Origin: Octopus sinensis
Taxonomy: Eukaryota
Length of the DNA: 64,000 nt
Assembly (NCBI RefSeq): GCF_006345805.1
Contig: NC_043002.1
Span: 87,606,001 to 87,670,000 of the forward strand
Direction of reading: 5' to 3'
Shown: positions 13,318-26,836 of the stretch, in pieces
How the letters are laid out: each line of letters begins with the position of its first letter
Numbering within the stretch: position 1 is the first letter of the stretch
The notes under the pieces: model-generated
What the model was told of the DNA's origin: nothing
Database searches by the model: none
What the model saw: the letters and a program-made list of their open reading frames with translations, nothing else
Position numbers and translations under genes: made by a program

Positions 13318-13577
13318 CTTTCATTCTTTTATTCTTTTGTCGAACCACAAAGTTACGGGTACAATAAATACACCAGCGCCGGTTGTCAAGCGGTAACAAG
13401 CAACACACTCTGACACAAAGTCACTCATCCACACACACACACGACAAGTCTCTTTCAGTTTCTGTCTACCGAATCCACTCACAAGGCTTTTGTCATCCCG
13501 AGGCTATAGTAGAAGACACTCACAGTGCCACCCAGTGGGACTGAACCCAGAGCCATGTGGTTGGGAAGCAAGCTTCT
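13318..13577 (-). mobile_element. SINE family D, internally deleted
   Basis: Partial match to family D. Confidence 0.75.
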
Positions 13578-13807
13578 TATTTCTTTATTGCTCACAAGGG
13601 GCTAAACATACAGGGGACAAACAAGAACAGACAAACGGGTTAAGTCTATTATATCGACCCCAGTGCGTAACTGGTACTTATTTAATCGAACCACAAAGGA
13701 TGTAAGACAAAGTCGACCTCGGTGGAATTTGAACTCAGAACGTAACGGCAGACGAAATACCGCTAAGCATTTCGCCCGGCGTGCTAACGTTTCTGCCAGC
13801 TCGCGTC
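13578..13807 (-). mobile_element. SINE family A monomer, tail type A
   Basis: Full head to tail. Confidence 0.9.
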
Positions 13808-14022
13808 TTACTACATAGGTACACCTGTGACTATTTTTTAAAACCTGCATTTATTTGAGCTTGGCTTCACAACCATATATTCCTAGGAAAAGTTTTTTAT
13901 ATAGCCCCGGACCAACGAAAGCCTTGCGAGTGGATTTGGTAAATGAATACTGAAGGTATACACAGACACGCACATACGCACATATATATACATATACATA
14001 TACATACATACATATATATATA

Positions 14023-14260
14023 CATCGTTGGCCAAAAGTCACTCGACAGTGAATCAAAATTCCATAAATACTTAATATTCAATTTTATTTATTCATTGTA
14101 ATTATGAATATTTAATAATTAAATGCTGTTTGTTAAAATCAAGGTTTTTTTTTATTTTTGTTTAATTATTAGCGAAGTCTCATATAAAATAATTTTTGTT
14201 TTAATCTTAGAATTAAATGAGCTTTGATTTACTGTCAGGTGACTTTTGGCCAAACCTCTG
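14023..14260. mobile_element. Tc1-like MITE
   Basis: Imperfect TIRs CATCGTTGGCCAAAAGTCACTCGACAGT / ACTGTCAGGTGACTTTTGGCCAAACCTCTG resemble Tc1 ends. AT-rich interior. Confidence 0.65.
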
Positions 14261-14329
14261 TGTGTGTGTATGCGTGTGTGTGTGTGTGTGTGGTGTGTGT
14301 GTGTGTGTGTGTGTGCGTGTGCGTGTGCG

Positions 14330-14545
14330 TGTTGCCTTTGTGAGTATCCTCCACCTTTACTTGACAACCGCTGTTGATTTGTTTCCTTTCCCGTAAAGTA
14401 GCGGCGAAACAAAGACTGATAGAATTTAGTAAGGGGCATAAAGAAATTTGTACAAATAGGTATTGTGATTGATTTATTAGATTTATCTTTTCGAGGCAGC
14501 GCCTCAGCATGGCCGCAGGCAAATGACTGGAAGAAGTATAAAATA
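14330..14545 (+). mobile_element. SINE family D 3' half
   Basis: TTGACAACC...CAGCATGGCCGCAG.CAAATGACTG. Confidence 0.7.
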
Positions 14546-14899
14546 ATATATCGTTGCCATATGGAAATTCGCTTATAATTCATTTCCTTCTAAATAGAAA
14601 AATAAATTTTAGATCTGTGTTTTTGTAGTAATTCAGTCGGTCTGTATCTCATAATCGCTTAGCATTTTCCTTATCATCATACCATAGTATATAAATCCCT
14701 GAAGTACACGCAATGCACATAAATTCACTATATTGTAGAGAAATTGTTCTGAAATGATATTGAATATCTTTAGCTATTTTGTGAATATTCAGTCAATCAT
14801 ATTTGTCGCATGCATGCATTTAATATCAATCTTTATCTGTTACTTGTCTCGGTCATTGAATTGCAACCATAATACAGTACCATCTTCAATTGTTTTAGT

Positions 14900-15692
14900 C
14901 GAATCGACCTATCACACATGTCTCGCTACGTGGGTCACCTCAGTTGGTTACTTGCATCAGCTTCTTTTGATGACTTTTGCTTTTTGGACTGTGTTTTGGT
15001 GGCTCGTCTTTGTCCAACCATTTACGGTTGTTGAACATTTACAGTTGTTGTATTGGATCCCTTTCTCATCACATGTTACAATTCGATTCAAAATTCATTC
15101 ATTTTTTGACGAGAATGCAGCATAATGCAGGCTTCCAAACTTTGCTGTTTCTGATTGTTATTGAGTTAATGTAAAACCCACTTATCCAACTTTTTCACTT
15201 TACCCATGTAAACTAGGTGAGTCAATATTGTTTGCTTGCAAACACCAAACAACAACGATAATTCATGGACACGTTGAGATGGAACTGACTCGACGGTGAC
15301 TTTCAGTTCGTCAATATCCACCTTTGTTTCTGGTCGACCTCGTTGCTCATTTGCGAGATCAAAGTTACCAGAACGAAAATTTGCAAAGCAATTTGATACT
15401 GTCTGCTGTGTAATAACATTGGAATGATATACTCCATTAATATTCCGAGCTGTCTGTGATGCTGTATTTCCAAGAAAGAACTCATATTTCAAAACTGTAC
15501 GAATTTCCGACTTATCCATTTCAAAACAAAAATAGCAAAAAGTGATTTATAAATACTTTCTAAAGCGCAAAATGAGTGAGAATAAAGAAATAGATGTGTC
15601 AGCTTTATAACAAAAAAAATATAGATGGTCAAAATATTATAATGGTGCAAAATGAGCAACTGTCAAAAAAATTCATACTTGACAACCTAATA
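14900..15692 (-). mobile_element. Mariner transposon, 5' two-thirds, decayed
   Basis: ORF 15166-15519 MDKSEIRTVLKYEF..RGRP..GKVKKLDKWV (mariner DNA-binding region and linker). Downstream IVTCDEK. 5' TIR TATTAGGTTGTCAAG. Confidence 0.85.
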
Positions 15693-15924
15693 TATATAAT
15701 AAATAAAATATATATATAATATAAATAATAAATAAAATAATAAATATAAAAATATACATACATATATATATATATATAGTTGTATATATATATAAAATTT
15801 ATAAGTTTAACTTATTAAATAATTTTTTATTTTTAACTTTTATATTTTAAAATTAATTTTATTTTTGGCTTATGTTTTTCACTGTTTGATTTACCTAATA
15901 GTGGTTTTATCTCTAATTTAATAT

Positions 15925-15966
<42 letters not shown>

Positions 15967-16049
15967 ATGTATGTATGTATGTATATATATGTATGTATGT
16001 AAGTATGCATGTATTATATGAGTATATATAATGATATCTATCTGTCTGT

Positions 16050-16188
16050 TTATTTTCTTATGTTCCATTCTATTGAAGAGCGTAGGCTCGAAACATAAAA
16101 GATTTTCTCACCTTGACGAGCGTTAAACTAATACACATGTTTGTAGTTTACACACCTGTCTTCGTGTTTTTTTTTGTAAATACAACTA

Positions 16189-16190
<2 letters not shown>
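16050..16190 (+). mobile_element. Short TA-microsatellite-associated repeat with hammerhead-like motif (GAGC-GTAG-GCTC-GAAAC family)
   Basis: Same family at 36110-36305 and 59405-59550. Confidence 0.75.
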
Positions 16191-16261
<71 letters not shown>

Positions 16262-16480
16262 GTTAATCCAAACATGAAAAACCAAAAGAGAAAACACAAC
16301 AACGCGAGGACGTGGAACGAATTAGTATTACTGGACGCTCAGAAAGGAAGGGAAGAAGGAGGGTTTAACGTTTCGAGCGGAGTTCTTCGTCAGAACATAG
16401 GAAAAGGAAAGATCCAGAGAAGGAAGTTGGAGGAAAGAAAATCGCCACGGTACACCGCGGTCACATTTTGAATGCATATA
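16262..16480 (-). mobile_element. Short repeat carrying a minimal hammerhead motif at 16363-16397
   Basis: TGTT-CTGACGA-A-GAAC-TCC-GCTC-GAAAC-GTT-AAAC. The end of the same family occurs at ~8405-8452. Confidence 0.7.
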
Positions 16481-16711
16481 TACATATATACATATGTATA
16501 TAATATATATATTATATATATATATATATATATATGCATAAGTACACAGAATATCTTATTCTTTCTTTACTCTTTTATGCGTTTCAACCTAAAACCCTAA
16601 CCCTTTCGAGGAGGAGCGATAAAGTAACTACCATTTGAACTCTGGAGGTTGATGTAGTCGACTTACCCACTTCCTCTTGAGTCAAAATTGGAAGGCAATA
16701 TTACTTGCAGC

Positions 16712-16880
16712 AGATAAGCTGGCACAATAAATGGTAGACCGGGAGAAATGCTTTGCGGCATTTCGTCCGATTTTGCTTTCCATTCTTTCGGAATCGATAA
16801 AATAAATACCGGTCGAACACTAGGATCGAAGTAATCGACTTACCACCTCCAGTGAAATTGCTGGCTTCGTGCCAAAATTT
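16712..16880 (+). mobile_element. SINE family A, degenerate
   Basis: GAAATGCTTTGCGGCATTTCGTCC and core remnants. Confidence 0.6.
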
Positions 16881-18989
16881 TACCTGAATACTACCTGTAG
16901 CATAAACAGCAAAATTCTCATTAAGATTAATTATGTGAACACGAGCTTTTATATCGCATCTTCAAGCTAACACTATTAAGGAGTTTCTAGCAATCAAATT
17001 GGTCGTAGGATTATCCTGATGCGGTAGCGAGCGTATTTTGAATTTATTACATGACTCAATCATGTGACAAGCCGGTTCATGACTGTTAATCTTGTGGAAG
17101 GAAAGCAGGAAGTTATCCTAAAGTTAAGGACTTCCCCGCAAGTACTTGCAGCTGAACAGGCCCCGCTAAATTCTCACAGATACCAGTTGGTGATGTTAAA
17201 TATGGTAATAGGTCAATCCTAATTTTACTATTTAGTCGGGATGAAAGGCAGCGTCATTAAAAATTTTCAAGGCATACAAATCTAACGGGTGGAATGTATA
17301 CTTAAATAAGAGACCTAGCTTGAATTCTTGCAACAAAGTGTAGATTGATAATATTATATTATTAATGTATTCATTTATTCATTTTGCAAGGATATAAGCA
17401 GCATAATGTGTAAAATAAATTCGATCAATGAATTAAAAACTATCAATAAATTAAAAACTACATCATGATCTCGCTTAGACCAGCAACAGAAACTGATTTA
17501 TTATAAAGTTTAAAAAAAGCTAATAAACTTTAAATTCCATGTGAAGAATTAACGATTCTGATTACATCGTATACAATTGGCTTTGATTTTAATGCTACTC
17601 TATAATTAGCAAAATCCAAACCCATCCGACACGGAATGATTTGCCTTAAAATAATTTAAAATAGCATTATCTGTAGATCATGATAATATTATCTTCTTAT
17701 CATGTTAGAATATCTTCAGCATCTCGAATAAAGTGTATTTTTTTCTATCTTTGCGTTTAAAGTCGTTATTGAAGTATTCTGTCATTAAGGGTTAAAGAAT
17801 TTAAAACGAGTTAGAAGTGATAATGATGTTTATTATCAAGAAAGAATAGATTAAAGCTGACATTAGTTGTGATACCGAATAAGCCATTTGCATATTAACT
17901 ACTACGAGATCATATTAAGTACAAATTTCGGTTGATCATACGATGAATATTCTCAATGATGAAGATTTTGCCTGCCAACCAAGTGCCAGCGGAACTAAAT
18001 CATTAATTAACCTTAATCACTGTTCACATTTTAAAGAATCAATCCAAATAATGTAATCAATGACTAAATGCGCTCCTGAGAAACAAAAGTATGCTGTTAA
18101 AGATGATTTATTTAGCTTCCACTCCAACTTGATCTGTTAAGTAATGAGAAGTCGACTATCTTGTTGAAATCTCTGAATACAATGTAAAAGAATTGAGACA
18201 GATGTTCTCAGTAAAGCAGATGTTCTCAATTCGGTTTATTTCGATAAATCATTTTGAAAGAAGATAGGATTGCAGATCAGAAATATGTTGTCTAGTTAAA
18301 TTTGGTCATGGTAAAAGCAAGGATGAGATGAAATCAGAAGAAATCAGAAGAAGTAAGCGATTATATTGATAATTAAGTTACAGAGATAGACAATGGGAAA
18401 TCCCACGTAATCTCAGGCAGTTCGGTTTATACATTGTACAGCGGGGATTATATGAGAATAGACATATAACTATAAACTTCTTTCGAGTTTTTGATAAAGA
18501 GCATCAGATGTATAAAATAAATTTAGATATACTGTTTTGCCATAATAAAGACATATTACCATAGACTTAAAGAATAAATAATATAGGGAAAGAGTGGGGG
18601 AGATGGTAAACTATTACCTAGTCAAAACTCGTGATGAATATTATTGTTTCAGACAACGGAACAATATCTATAGATGTTATGCATGGGATTGACCCACAAA
18701 TATAGATGTGTCGTCTTTCAGTTTGAAAGTATATGACATCAATCAGGGGGATTATATTGCAAATCTAGAAAACAAATTTCATAAACAGCCAGTGATGACT
18801 ATAAATATAAGTTTCGTAAGAATATTTCACACGAAGGAAAGAGAAATTTGAACATCGAAACTTCACAAAAGCAAACAAGTCTAAAAGAAATATGGTGTAA
18901 ACATCACCAATAGATATTTAGGCAATCCTTTTTATTTGAAAAAAATGTGGGTATTTTATTCATGCACAGATTTTCACAGGCCTCTCACA

Positions 18990-20745
18990 CTCATCTCTCA
19001 TTCTCTTCTCCTTTATTGTAACCAACCGTTTACTATATATATATATATATATGTCTCCCATATATGTTTTTTTCCCTATATATTTCTTCTCCTACACCTA
19101 CATTCTTCCTATCTAGACTCTTTGTTCCCTATATCTATACCTTTTCACATTTCTAACTCGGATGTTGAGCGCACACCGCCAAACTCCACTTCCCACCCTT
19201 CCAATTTTCAGGTCCCCCCGCCCGCCCCTACGTGGTCACCTTTAGCACACACCTTTAACTTTACACTTTCAACCACCTTTTATTTTTTCCTTCATCTCAT
19301 GTTAAGCTTTACCCGATTATATTTTTATTTTACTTTATCCTATTCTATTTCGCTTTACCTTTATTCTTATTTTTACTTTTCATTCCTTATTTTAATTCTT
19401 ATAGTTCTTATAATTTTTATATTTTATTTCTAACTTTTATATTGTATTTCTTATTTTATATTGTATTTCTTACTTTTATTTCTAATTTTTATTCTTACCC
19501 TCATTCTTACTCCTATTTTTACCCCTAACTTATCGCTTTATATCTCTATATATGTCTATTTTTTGCTTATCCCTTATTTACTTATCTATGGATCCGCTTT
19601 ATGATTATACGTGCGTCCGTGTACGTATGTATACGTATACATATGTGTACGTATGTACGAGTAAACATCTACGTCTGGATGTGCATACCCCGTTACTCTT
19701 CTTTAATAATTTTCTTTAATAATTTTCTTTAATAATTTTTAAAAATTTTTTACATGTTTTTTTTACATGTTTTTTTACATGTTTTCGCAGATTTCTTATA
19801 TGCATATGTTTACACATATTTGTATACATCTTTTAATATCTTATATCTAAACCTGTATGTGTGGGCATCTGTGTATGTGTATGTAAGGATGGACGTACGT
19901 ATGTATATATAGGTGGGTGTATATGCGTATGTATGTATATGTATACATGTGCATATATGTATGCATATGTGTATGTGTATATGTATATGTGTATGTGCGT
20001 GTGTGTGTATATATGTATATATGTATATGTACACGTATAATGTCCGTGTATATATACGCATATTCTGTTGTATGTATGTATATATGCGCATGTGTGTGGG
20101 TGTATATGTGTTTCTGTATATGTTTACACGTGAGTACGTATGTATGCTTATATGCTTGGAGCTGTGTATGCGTGCGTATATGTGCGCGTGTATATGGGTG
20201 TATGTATCCATGCTGGTATGTATGTACAAGGTGACCACTTAATTCAAGGAACTAGATTAGCTGCTCAACAGCTCTGATTTACAATACACTAAGTCCCCAG
20301 ACGCCCCTGTTGATTTATTGACACCCAAAACTTCTACAACTAAATTTTGTCATTTTCCTGACCACCATGTTTGGTCCGTAACCACTATACATCCCTTATC
20401 CTTATATTCTTTTACATTTTTTATTATTTTTATTCCTATTTTTATTTTTATTTCTATTTTTATTTATTTCTATTTTTACTTTTATTTCTATTTCTATTTT
20501 TACTTTATAACTTTATACCTTTATATTCATTTATATTTTTTTATATTCTTTATATCCCCTTTATATCCCCTTATATCTCTTTATATCTTTATACTCTACA
20601 CTTTTATATTTTTCTATACTTACACTTTTTATATATTTTTTATCCTTCGTCCTGAATTCTCGCCCCTCCATCTTTACCCCTATTTACTCTTATTACCAGG
20701 TCCCTTCACGTCTATATATGTATTTATTTATTAATTTATTTACAT
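18990..20745. repeat. Long T-rich low-complexity blocks flanking a degenerate (TG/TA) block
   Basis: Direct inspection. The ORFs here are low-complexity artefacts. Confidence 0.7.
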
Positions 20746-20906
20746 TACTTCAACATCCAAATTTCCTCATTCTACATTGAGAGAAGAACGAGATGGACGC
20801 TTCAATTCTATGCTGTTGCCGCATTATGTCGTACGCGAATGAGATGATTTGCATCCCCAACCAATAATTTTTGATGTAACACATGTCCTTGTGGAAGTTG
20901 TTGTGC

Positions 20907-20984
20907 GCGGCTGAAGAAGGCCACAGACATACATTATGCATTGTTATAAATCTGTCTAATAAAGGCCCGAAACATATGTACCGC
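20907..20984 (+). ncRNA. Candidate minimal type-I hammerhead ribozyme
   Basis: GCGG-CTGAAGA-A-GGCC..GGCC-C-GAAAC-ATAT-GTA-CCGC. Confidence 0.7.
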
Positions 20985-21017
20985 TGAATCCTTGGCATCA
21001 TGTTTTTATTTTGATCA

Positions 21018-21063
<46 letters not shown>

Positions 21064-21361
21064 GCATATTTACAAACATACGTAACCCTAACCAACAGAG
21101 ACCTCATACAATTACGCACACATGAGTACCTATGGGCGAGGGTATCTGTGGAAGAATGGTAATTGGCTATGCATGCAGGTCTCCTCTTTTCACACCACCG
21201 ATGGAAAGACTGCTGACTTGATCCAATACAACTTGGTACCAGTGCCGCTCTCAGAATACAGAGGCAGAAGAGATAATGCAAAGGCCTGACACTCTAAACA
21301 GTTCCGTCAATCTACCACCCTGGATTGCTATATTTCTATCGACCTCAAAACGATGGAAGCA

Positions 21362-21497
21362 GGTTCACTTCTGTTTTGCCGAACCACTAAGTTACGGGGA
21401 TCTAAATACACCAGCATCGGTTACCAAACGATGTTGGGGTAGCAAACACAGACACATATACATACACACACACATACACACACACACACACACACAT

Positions 21498-21531
<34 letters not shown>

Positions 21532-21540
21532 GTACATATG

Positions 21541-21629
<89 letters not shown>

Positions 21630-21893
21630 GGAGGGCAATGGTCCAACGCTTAGGGCAGGGGACTCGCGGTTTCGATTCCCAGAACGGGTATTGTGAGTGT
21701 TTATTGAGCGAAACCACCTAAAGCTCCACGAGTCTCTGGCAGGGGGTGCTGGCGATCCCTGCTGTACTTTTTTGCCACAACTTTCTCTCACTCTTTCTTA
21801 GCCAGCGGGGTGGAGACATTAGAAGGCTAAAACAATGTGAAGCGCATTATGACCAGCGATGTGTAGCAACATCTGATAGCCTGGTCGGTCTTC

Positions 21894-21931
<38 letters not shown>

Positions 21932-22158
21932 GACGGGCTTCTTTCATCTTTCAGCTCCGTCTACCAAATCCACCCACAAGGCTTTGGTCGGCTATACGAC
22001 GGGCTTCTTTCATCTTTCAGCTCCGTCTACCAAATCCACCCACAAGGCTTTGGTCGGCTATAGTAGAAGACACTTGCCCAAGGTGTTACACAGTGGGACT
22101 GAATCCGGAACCATGTGGACGGTAAGCAAGCTACTTACCACACAGCCACTTCTGCGCC
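21362..22158 (-). mobile_element. SINE family D split by a family B insertion, with a 66-bp internal tandem duplication
   Basis: 3' part at 21362-21480, 5' part at 21927-22158. Confidence 0.8.
21629..21893 (+). mobile_element. SINE family B (tRNA-Arg-like head)
   Basis: TGGAGG.CAATGG.CCA..GGACTCGCGG..TTCGATTCCC. Matches 49107 and 62735. Confidence 0.85.
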
Positions 22159-23161
22159 TGATATATAAAAACGAGTTCATATAAAGTGATTTTCCTTGTT
22201 ATATATTTCTATTTGGTACAGAAGTGTCAGTCCACATAAGTGACTGTGTCAAACGGGCCATTACTTTAAAACCATTTGATTTTCTTGCAATAGATAATAC
22301 GTATAATACAAGATCAAAAAATATTGACATCATCTTCAGATTAAGAATTGTCTCACATATGCTTTAAACAATGAAAAGAAGATTTAAACATCATTTTTGG
22401 AATTAATGGAAGAACTTTCGTATCCATAATATCAGTTTTGCATATTCGTCTATCACTAATATCAAATAATTGTAACGAGGCACAATTTCTCATTCAGTCC
22501 TTTCTCCGTTTTGTCACAAATAGAAATATTGATAGAACAAGCAGTAAGAAAATTCTAACCGCTTAGAAAATCCTGACTTTCGTCACTCTTCACCACACTT
22601 TTCACAAGTGTTTGTACAACTACAGGTATTCAAACACTTAAAACACAGCAATTAAACAGCTGTATAAGTTCCTGATCCGAAGGTTTGAACAAGGGATGCA
22701 GGAACCTCTCAGTACCTAGAATTCTTCTTCCTTTTATGATGTTTTTCTTTTTCTGTGTTGCATGTCAATGTTGGGGACAAGATTTACGAAGATCTTCCAT
22801 TTTATCCATCCCGTCGAAAATGAGAAGTAGAGAGGTAATAAGCGGTATTGTTCATATAATTAGCAAAATCTTGATTAATAATTTCATGAATTTATAAATC
22901 TCATCTGTAAACTACACACAGTATGTCCTGATAGAGTCTATGGAAATTACTTTTGATTATGTTTAAAATCATACAATTTTTATATTGCACTAAAAATATC
23001 ACAACTGAATTCTACATCATGATGCTATTCTCAAATATGCATACACAAAAACACCCACACTAATCTACACAAAAACACACACACTAAATCGCATTAATCT
23101 ATGGCTACATATGTACGGATGTACAGCTGTACGTACGTACGTACGTATGTATGTATGTATG

Positions 23162-23192
<31 letters not shown>

Positions 23193-23255
23193 GTATGAGT
23201 GTGCATGTATTATGGGTATATATATATACCCATACATACACACACGCTCATCTCA

Positions 23256-23323
<68 letters not shown>

Positions 23324-23324
23324 T

Positions 23325-24112
23325 AAAAAATAAGGGTGAAAAAATTAGATATTAATTTAATGACACCAATTTAACACCAAGAGGTTAAACTGGGATTCAG
23401 TAAATATTAATACACAAATATAAGAGAGAATCCACTATGTGGACGCTCTTGCGCTAAAGATAGATCCGCAATGGTCTCCATCACTAATAATTGTTCTCAA
23501 GAAAAATTAACACAACCATGAACGTAAGCGAGCACGACAAATGAAAAATAACAAAAATGTAGATTAACCCTAGACAATTGTTTCACTGTTAATAAATTAT
23601 GCAATTTTACTTACACAATAAATATACAGATCATCAGTAGGATTCGTCATGAATATAATTTGTTAACACGAAGTCAAACACACGAGAAGTTCAGCCTATT
23701 ATATTTGCAGTTATGTTCAAATGAACTCGTTCTAGCGCGCCAAAATTCTGGAAACAAATACTGCATAAATAGTTTACTGCAGTAGTTAGTACCGGTTTGA
23801 GAACATATTAATTTATAATTAGAATCGAAAATAAGGGTGAAAAAATTGGATATTAATTTAATAACGCCAATTTAACACCAAGTGGTTTAGCGCATAAAAA
23901 CTGGGATTCAGTAAACTGGCGTGCAGTTCAACAAATTATATTCATGACGAATCCTACTGATGATCTGTAGATTTATTGTGTAAGTAAAATTGCATAATTT
24001 ATTAAGAGTGAAACAATCCCAGTTTTTATGCGCTAAACCACTTGGTGTTAAATTGGATCTATTTTTAGCGCAAGAGCGTCCACATAGTGGATTCTCACTT
24101 ATATTTGTGTGT
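23325..24112 (-). mobile_element. Penelope-type pLTR or retrozyme-like non-coding element with direct and inverted partial copies
   Basis: AAAATAAGGGTGAAAAAATT..AACACCAAG repeats at ~23327 and ~23828. Segment 23920-24112 is an inverted mosaic of earlier segments. Confidence 0.7.
23566..23644 (-). ncRNA. Candidate minimal type-I hammerhead ribozyme with canonical core
   Basis: AATCCTA-CTGATGA-T-CTGT..ACAG-T-GAAAC-AATT-GTC-TAGGGTT. Confidence 0.8.
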
Positions 24113-24706
24113 GGATATATATATATCAAGGGTTGAACAGGCAGAGCACAACAAGGAGGAGAAAAGTTAGACGAAAGCAGAACGAACGGGAAACTAGACG
24201 AAAACTTATCGGACGGGGAACATAGAGAAGGACACGATACACGAAATATTCGCAGCTAACTTTTCCTCATCAGTCAATGTGTCAAAGTATCGTCGTGGTT
24301 TTGCGCCATTATCATTAAGACCACTCAATCCTGGAGGTGCCTGCTATCAAGCCACTGGGAAAATGCTAGCGAAAGTATACTGAGATAGAAACAAGACATT
24401 ATATAAATACAACAGTTGAAGAATTATGCACGAAGGCCTTACGGCTATATGAAGCGGAAGTAAAGAATAACAGTAATTATTCAAATACCACAACTACGAC
24501 AGAAATGATCTTTGCAGCTATCGAACTCATGAGTCAGATATATGTGTTTGCTTAGAACACAAATATGTATATTGATGTTTTTTTTATCTATATATAATAA
24601 TCTATATTTAATTACTCATGTATGTGTGCTGAAAAGCATAAATACATGTAAATGTAAATATTTTTGTGTATATGTATGGATATGTATATCTATGTTTATG
24701 CGAGTG

Positions 24707-24773
<67 letters not shown>

Positions 24774-25692
24774 TGTGTGTGTGTGTGTGTTGTGTGTGTG
24801 TGTGTGTACGCGCATAGATACGCAGGGTGAAATAGAATAAGTCTTAATGGTCGTAACAGGAGCCGAGATCAGCATGGCCGTTTTGGTGAAAGGCAGGGCG
24901 AAAAAGATCAACACCGCTTTCACCGGACACCGGTCACGGGGTAGGGAAGATGACGTATGGAGAGAGAAGGGGAGAGACATGGACAGAGAGACAGAGATCA
25001 CAAAAGAGCAGAGGGAGTGGAGAAACAGAGTGAAAGGGAGGCAAGCAAAGGTGAAAAGAGAGAGTAAGAGTGGAGAAAAGATAGAGTAAGAGTAGAGGTG
25101 GAAAGAAATATACTAAGAGAGAAAGAGGAGCACGGAAAGAGAGAAAACAGGAAGAAATGGAGAAGAGAAAGGACAAGGGAGGCAAGCACATGCAGAAAGA
25201 GAGACTAAGTGTGGAGAAAGAGATAGGGTAAGATATAGGGTGGAAAGAGAAAGAGCAAGTGTAAAGAGAGTTAAAAGTCGCACAATAAATATTTAAGGAA
25301 TATTTTTTTACAATAAAGTAAACAAACAGGGTGTTCGTTGTGCTTCATGGATGTATCATATATATATTGATAGAAATAGTAAGACAACAAAAGAATGAAA
25401 GAGACCTTGATATTATGTAAATAGAGGAATTCATCTGTAAATGTAGTATGTCACTATTATTCGGTAGCCATGATGAAACTCCGAGGCGCATGTACGTGGG
25501 TGTGCAGGCGCGCATGTGTAGATATGGACATACGAGCTTACGCGAATACTATGAGCATTTTTACCCCCTTACTTTTACGACCTCCCTTCACTTAGCGGTC
25601 ATTCAAATTGCTCTTTTGTCTTAATAACGGTTAATCACACAGTAATTTCCCTTCGTTTAATGGTCATTTCCAAAGCACTTTTCCGATGGCCG

Positions 25693-25760
25693 GATAACTG
25701 AAAAGATGGCGGCTTGGATTGCGGATTTCCATCCTGACAACCGAAACTCGGAGTTTTATC
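25693..25760 (+). ncRNA. Degenerate hammerhead motif
   Basis: GATAA-CTGAAAAGA..GAAAC-TCGGA-GTT-TTATC. 2-nt core insertion. An inverted partial copy of the tail lies at ~25435-25487. Confidence 0.5.
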
Positions 25761-25905
25761 ATGGCTACCGAATAATTGTCACATATCACATTTACATACA
25801 TACATACATACATGCATACATACACACACCACACATATATATATATATACACATATATACGCAGATACATGAATGTTGTATGTTTGTATGCACACACACA
25901 CACAT

Positions 25906-25953
<48 letters not shown>

Positions 25954-26018
25954 GCATACACATGTGTATGTGTGTAAGTGTGTATGTATGTATATATATG
26001 TATATATATATATATATA

Positions 26019-26097
<79 letters not shown>

Positions 26098-26477
26098 ATG
26101 CATTTATGTATATATGCGCTTGTGTGTGTGTGTTTGTATTTGCCTATACAAATATATGTACTTACATTAATAAATACATTCGTATGTATGGACAAGTGCG
26201 TAATATATGTGTGTTTCTATATTGTCATTTTCTTACGAAACTTTCAGTTCTAAAAAGCTTTTATGACTTCAAGAATTACTTTTTACTTCTGCCGAAAGCA
26301 GAAGTACTAAAAACCTATAATTAAATCTCCTGAATATTGCATAGAATATTCTGTTAAATTTGATGATATTACGATGATAACATTTATATCATGAAGACAT
26401 AAAGCTCAATATATTACATATTATATCGTGGCTAAGTGCTTTTCCCCTTCATACATATGCATATAGATACAAACATA

Positions 26478-26520
<43 letters not shown>

Positions 26521-26787
26521 ATGTATTTTCCATGCCTGCATAAATATTTATGTATCTTGGCATATTTTGATCAATACGCACACTCTGTGTACTCATCTCT
26601 CTGTCACTATCTCTCTGTGCCTTCGGTTTTCTCTCATTATATCTCCAGCCCCCTCTCTTTCTTTCTCACTTGTAAACATTCATTATTCTGTCAGTTAACT
26701 TGTATATATGTGCACATATTTAAGTATATGTACATTTATGTATGGCTGTATACGTGTATGTATGTGTGTATATATACATACATACGT

Positions 26788-26836
<49 letters not shown>

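Noticed and set aside
22650-22920. Minus-strand signal-peptide-like reading (MKLLIKILLII...)
   Set aside because: It has in-frame stops and no recognisable mature peptide.
24225-24290. Minus-strand CTGATGA hammerhead-like trace
   Set aside because: The GAAAC half and the cleavage triplet are absent. Too degenerate to call.
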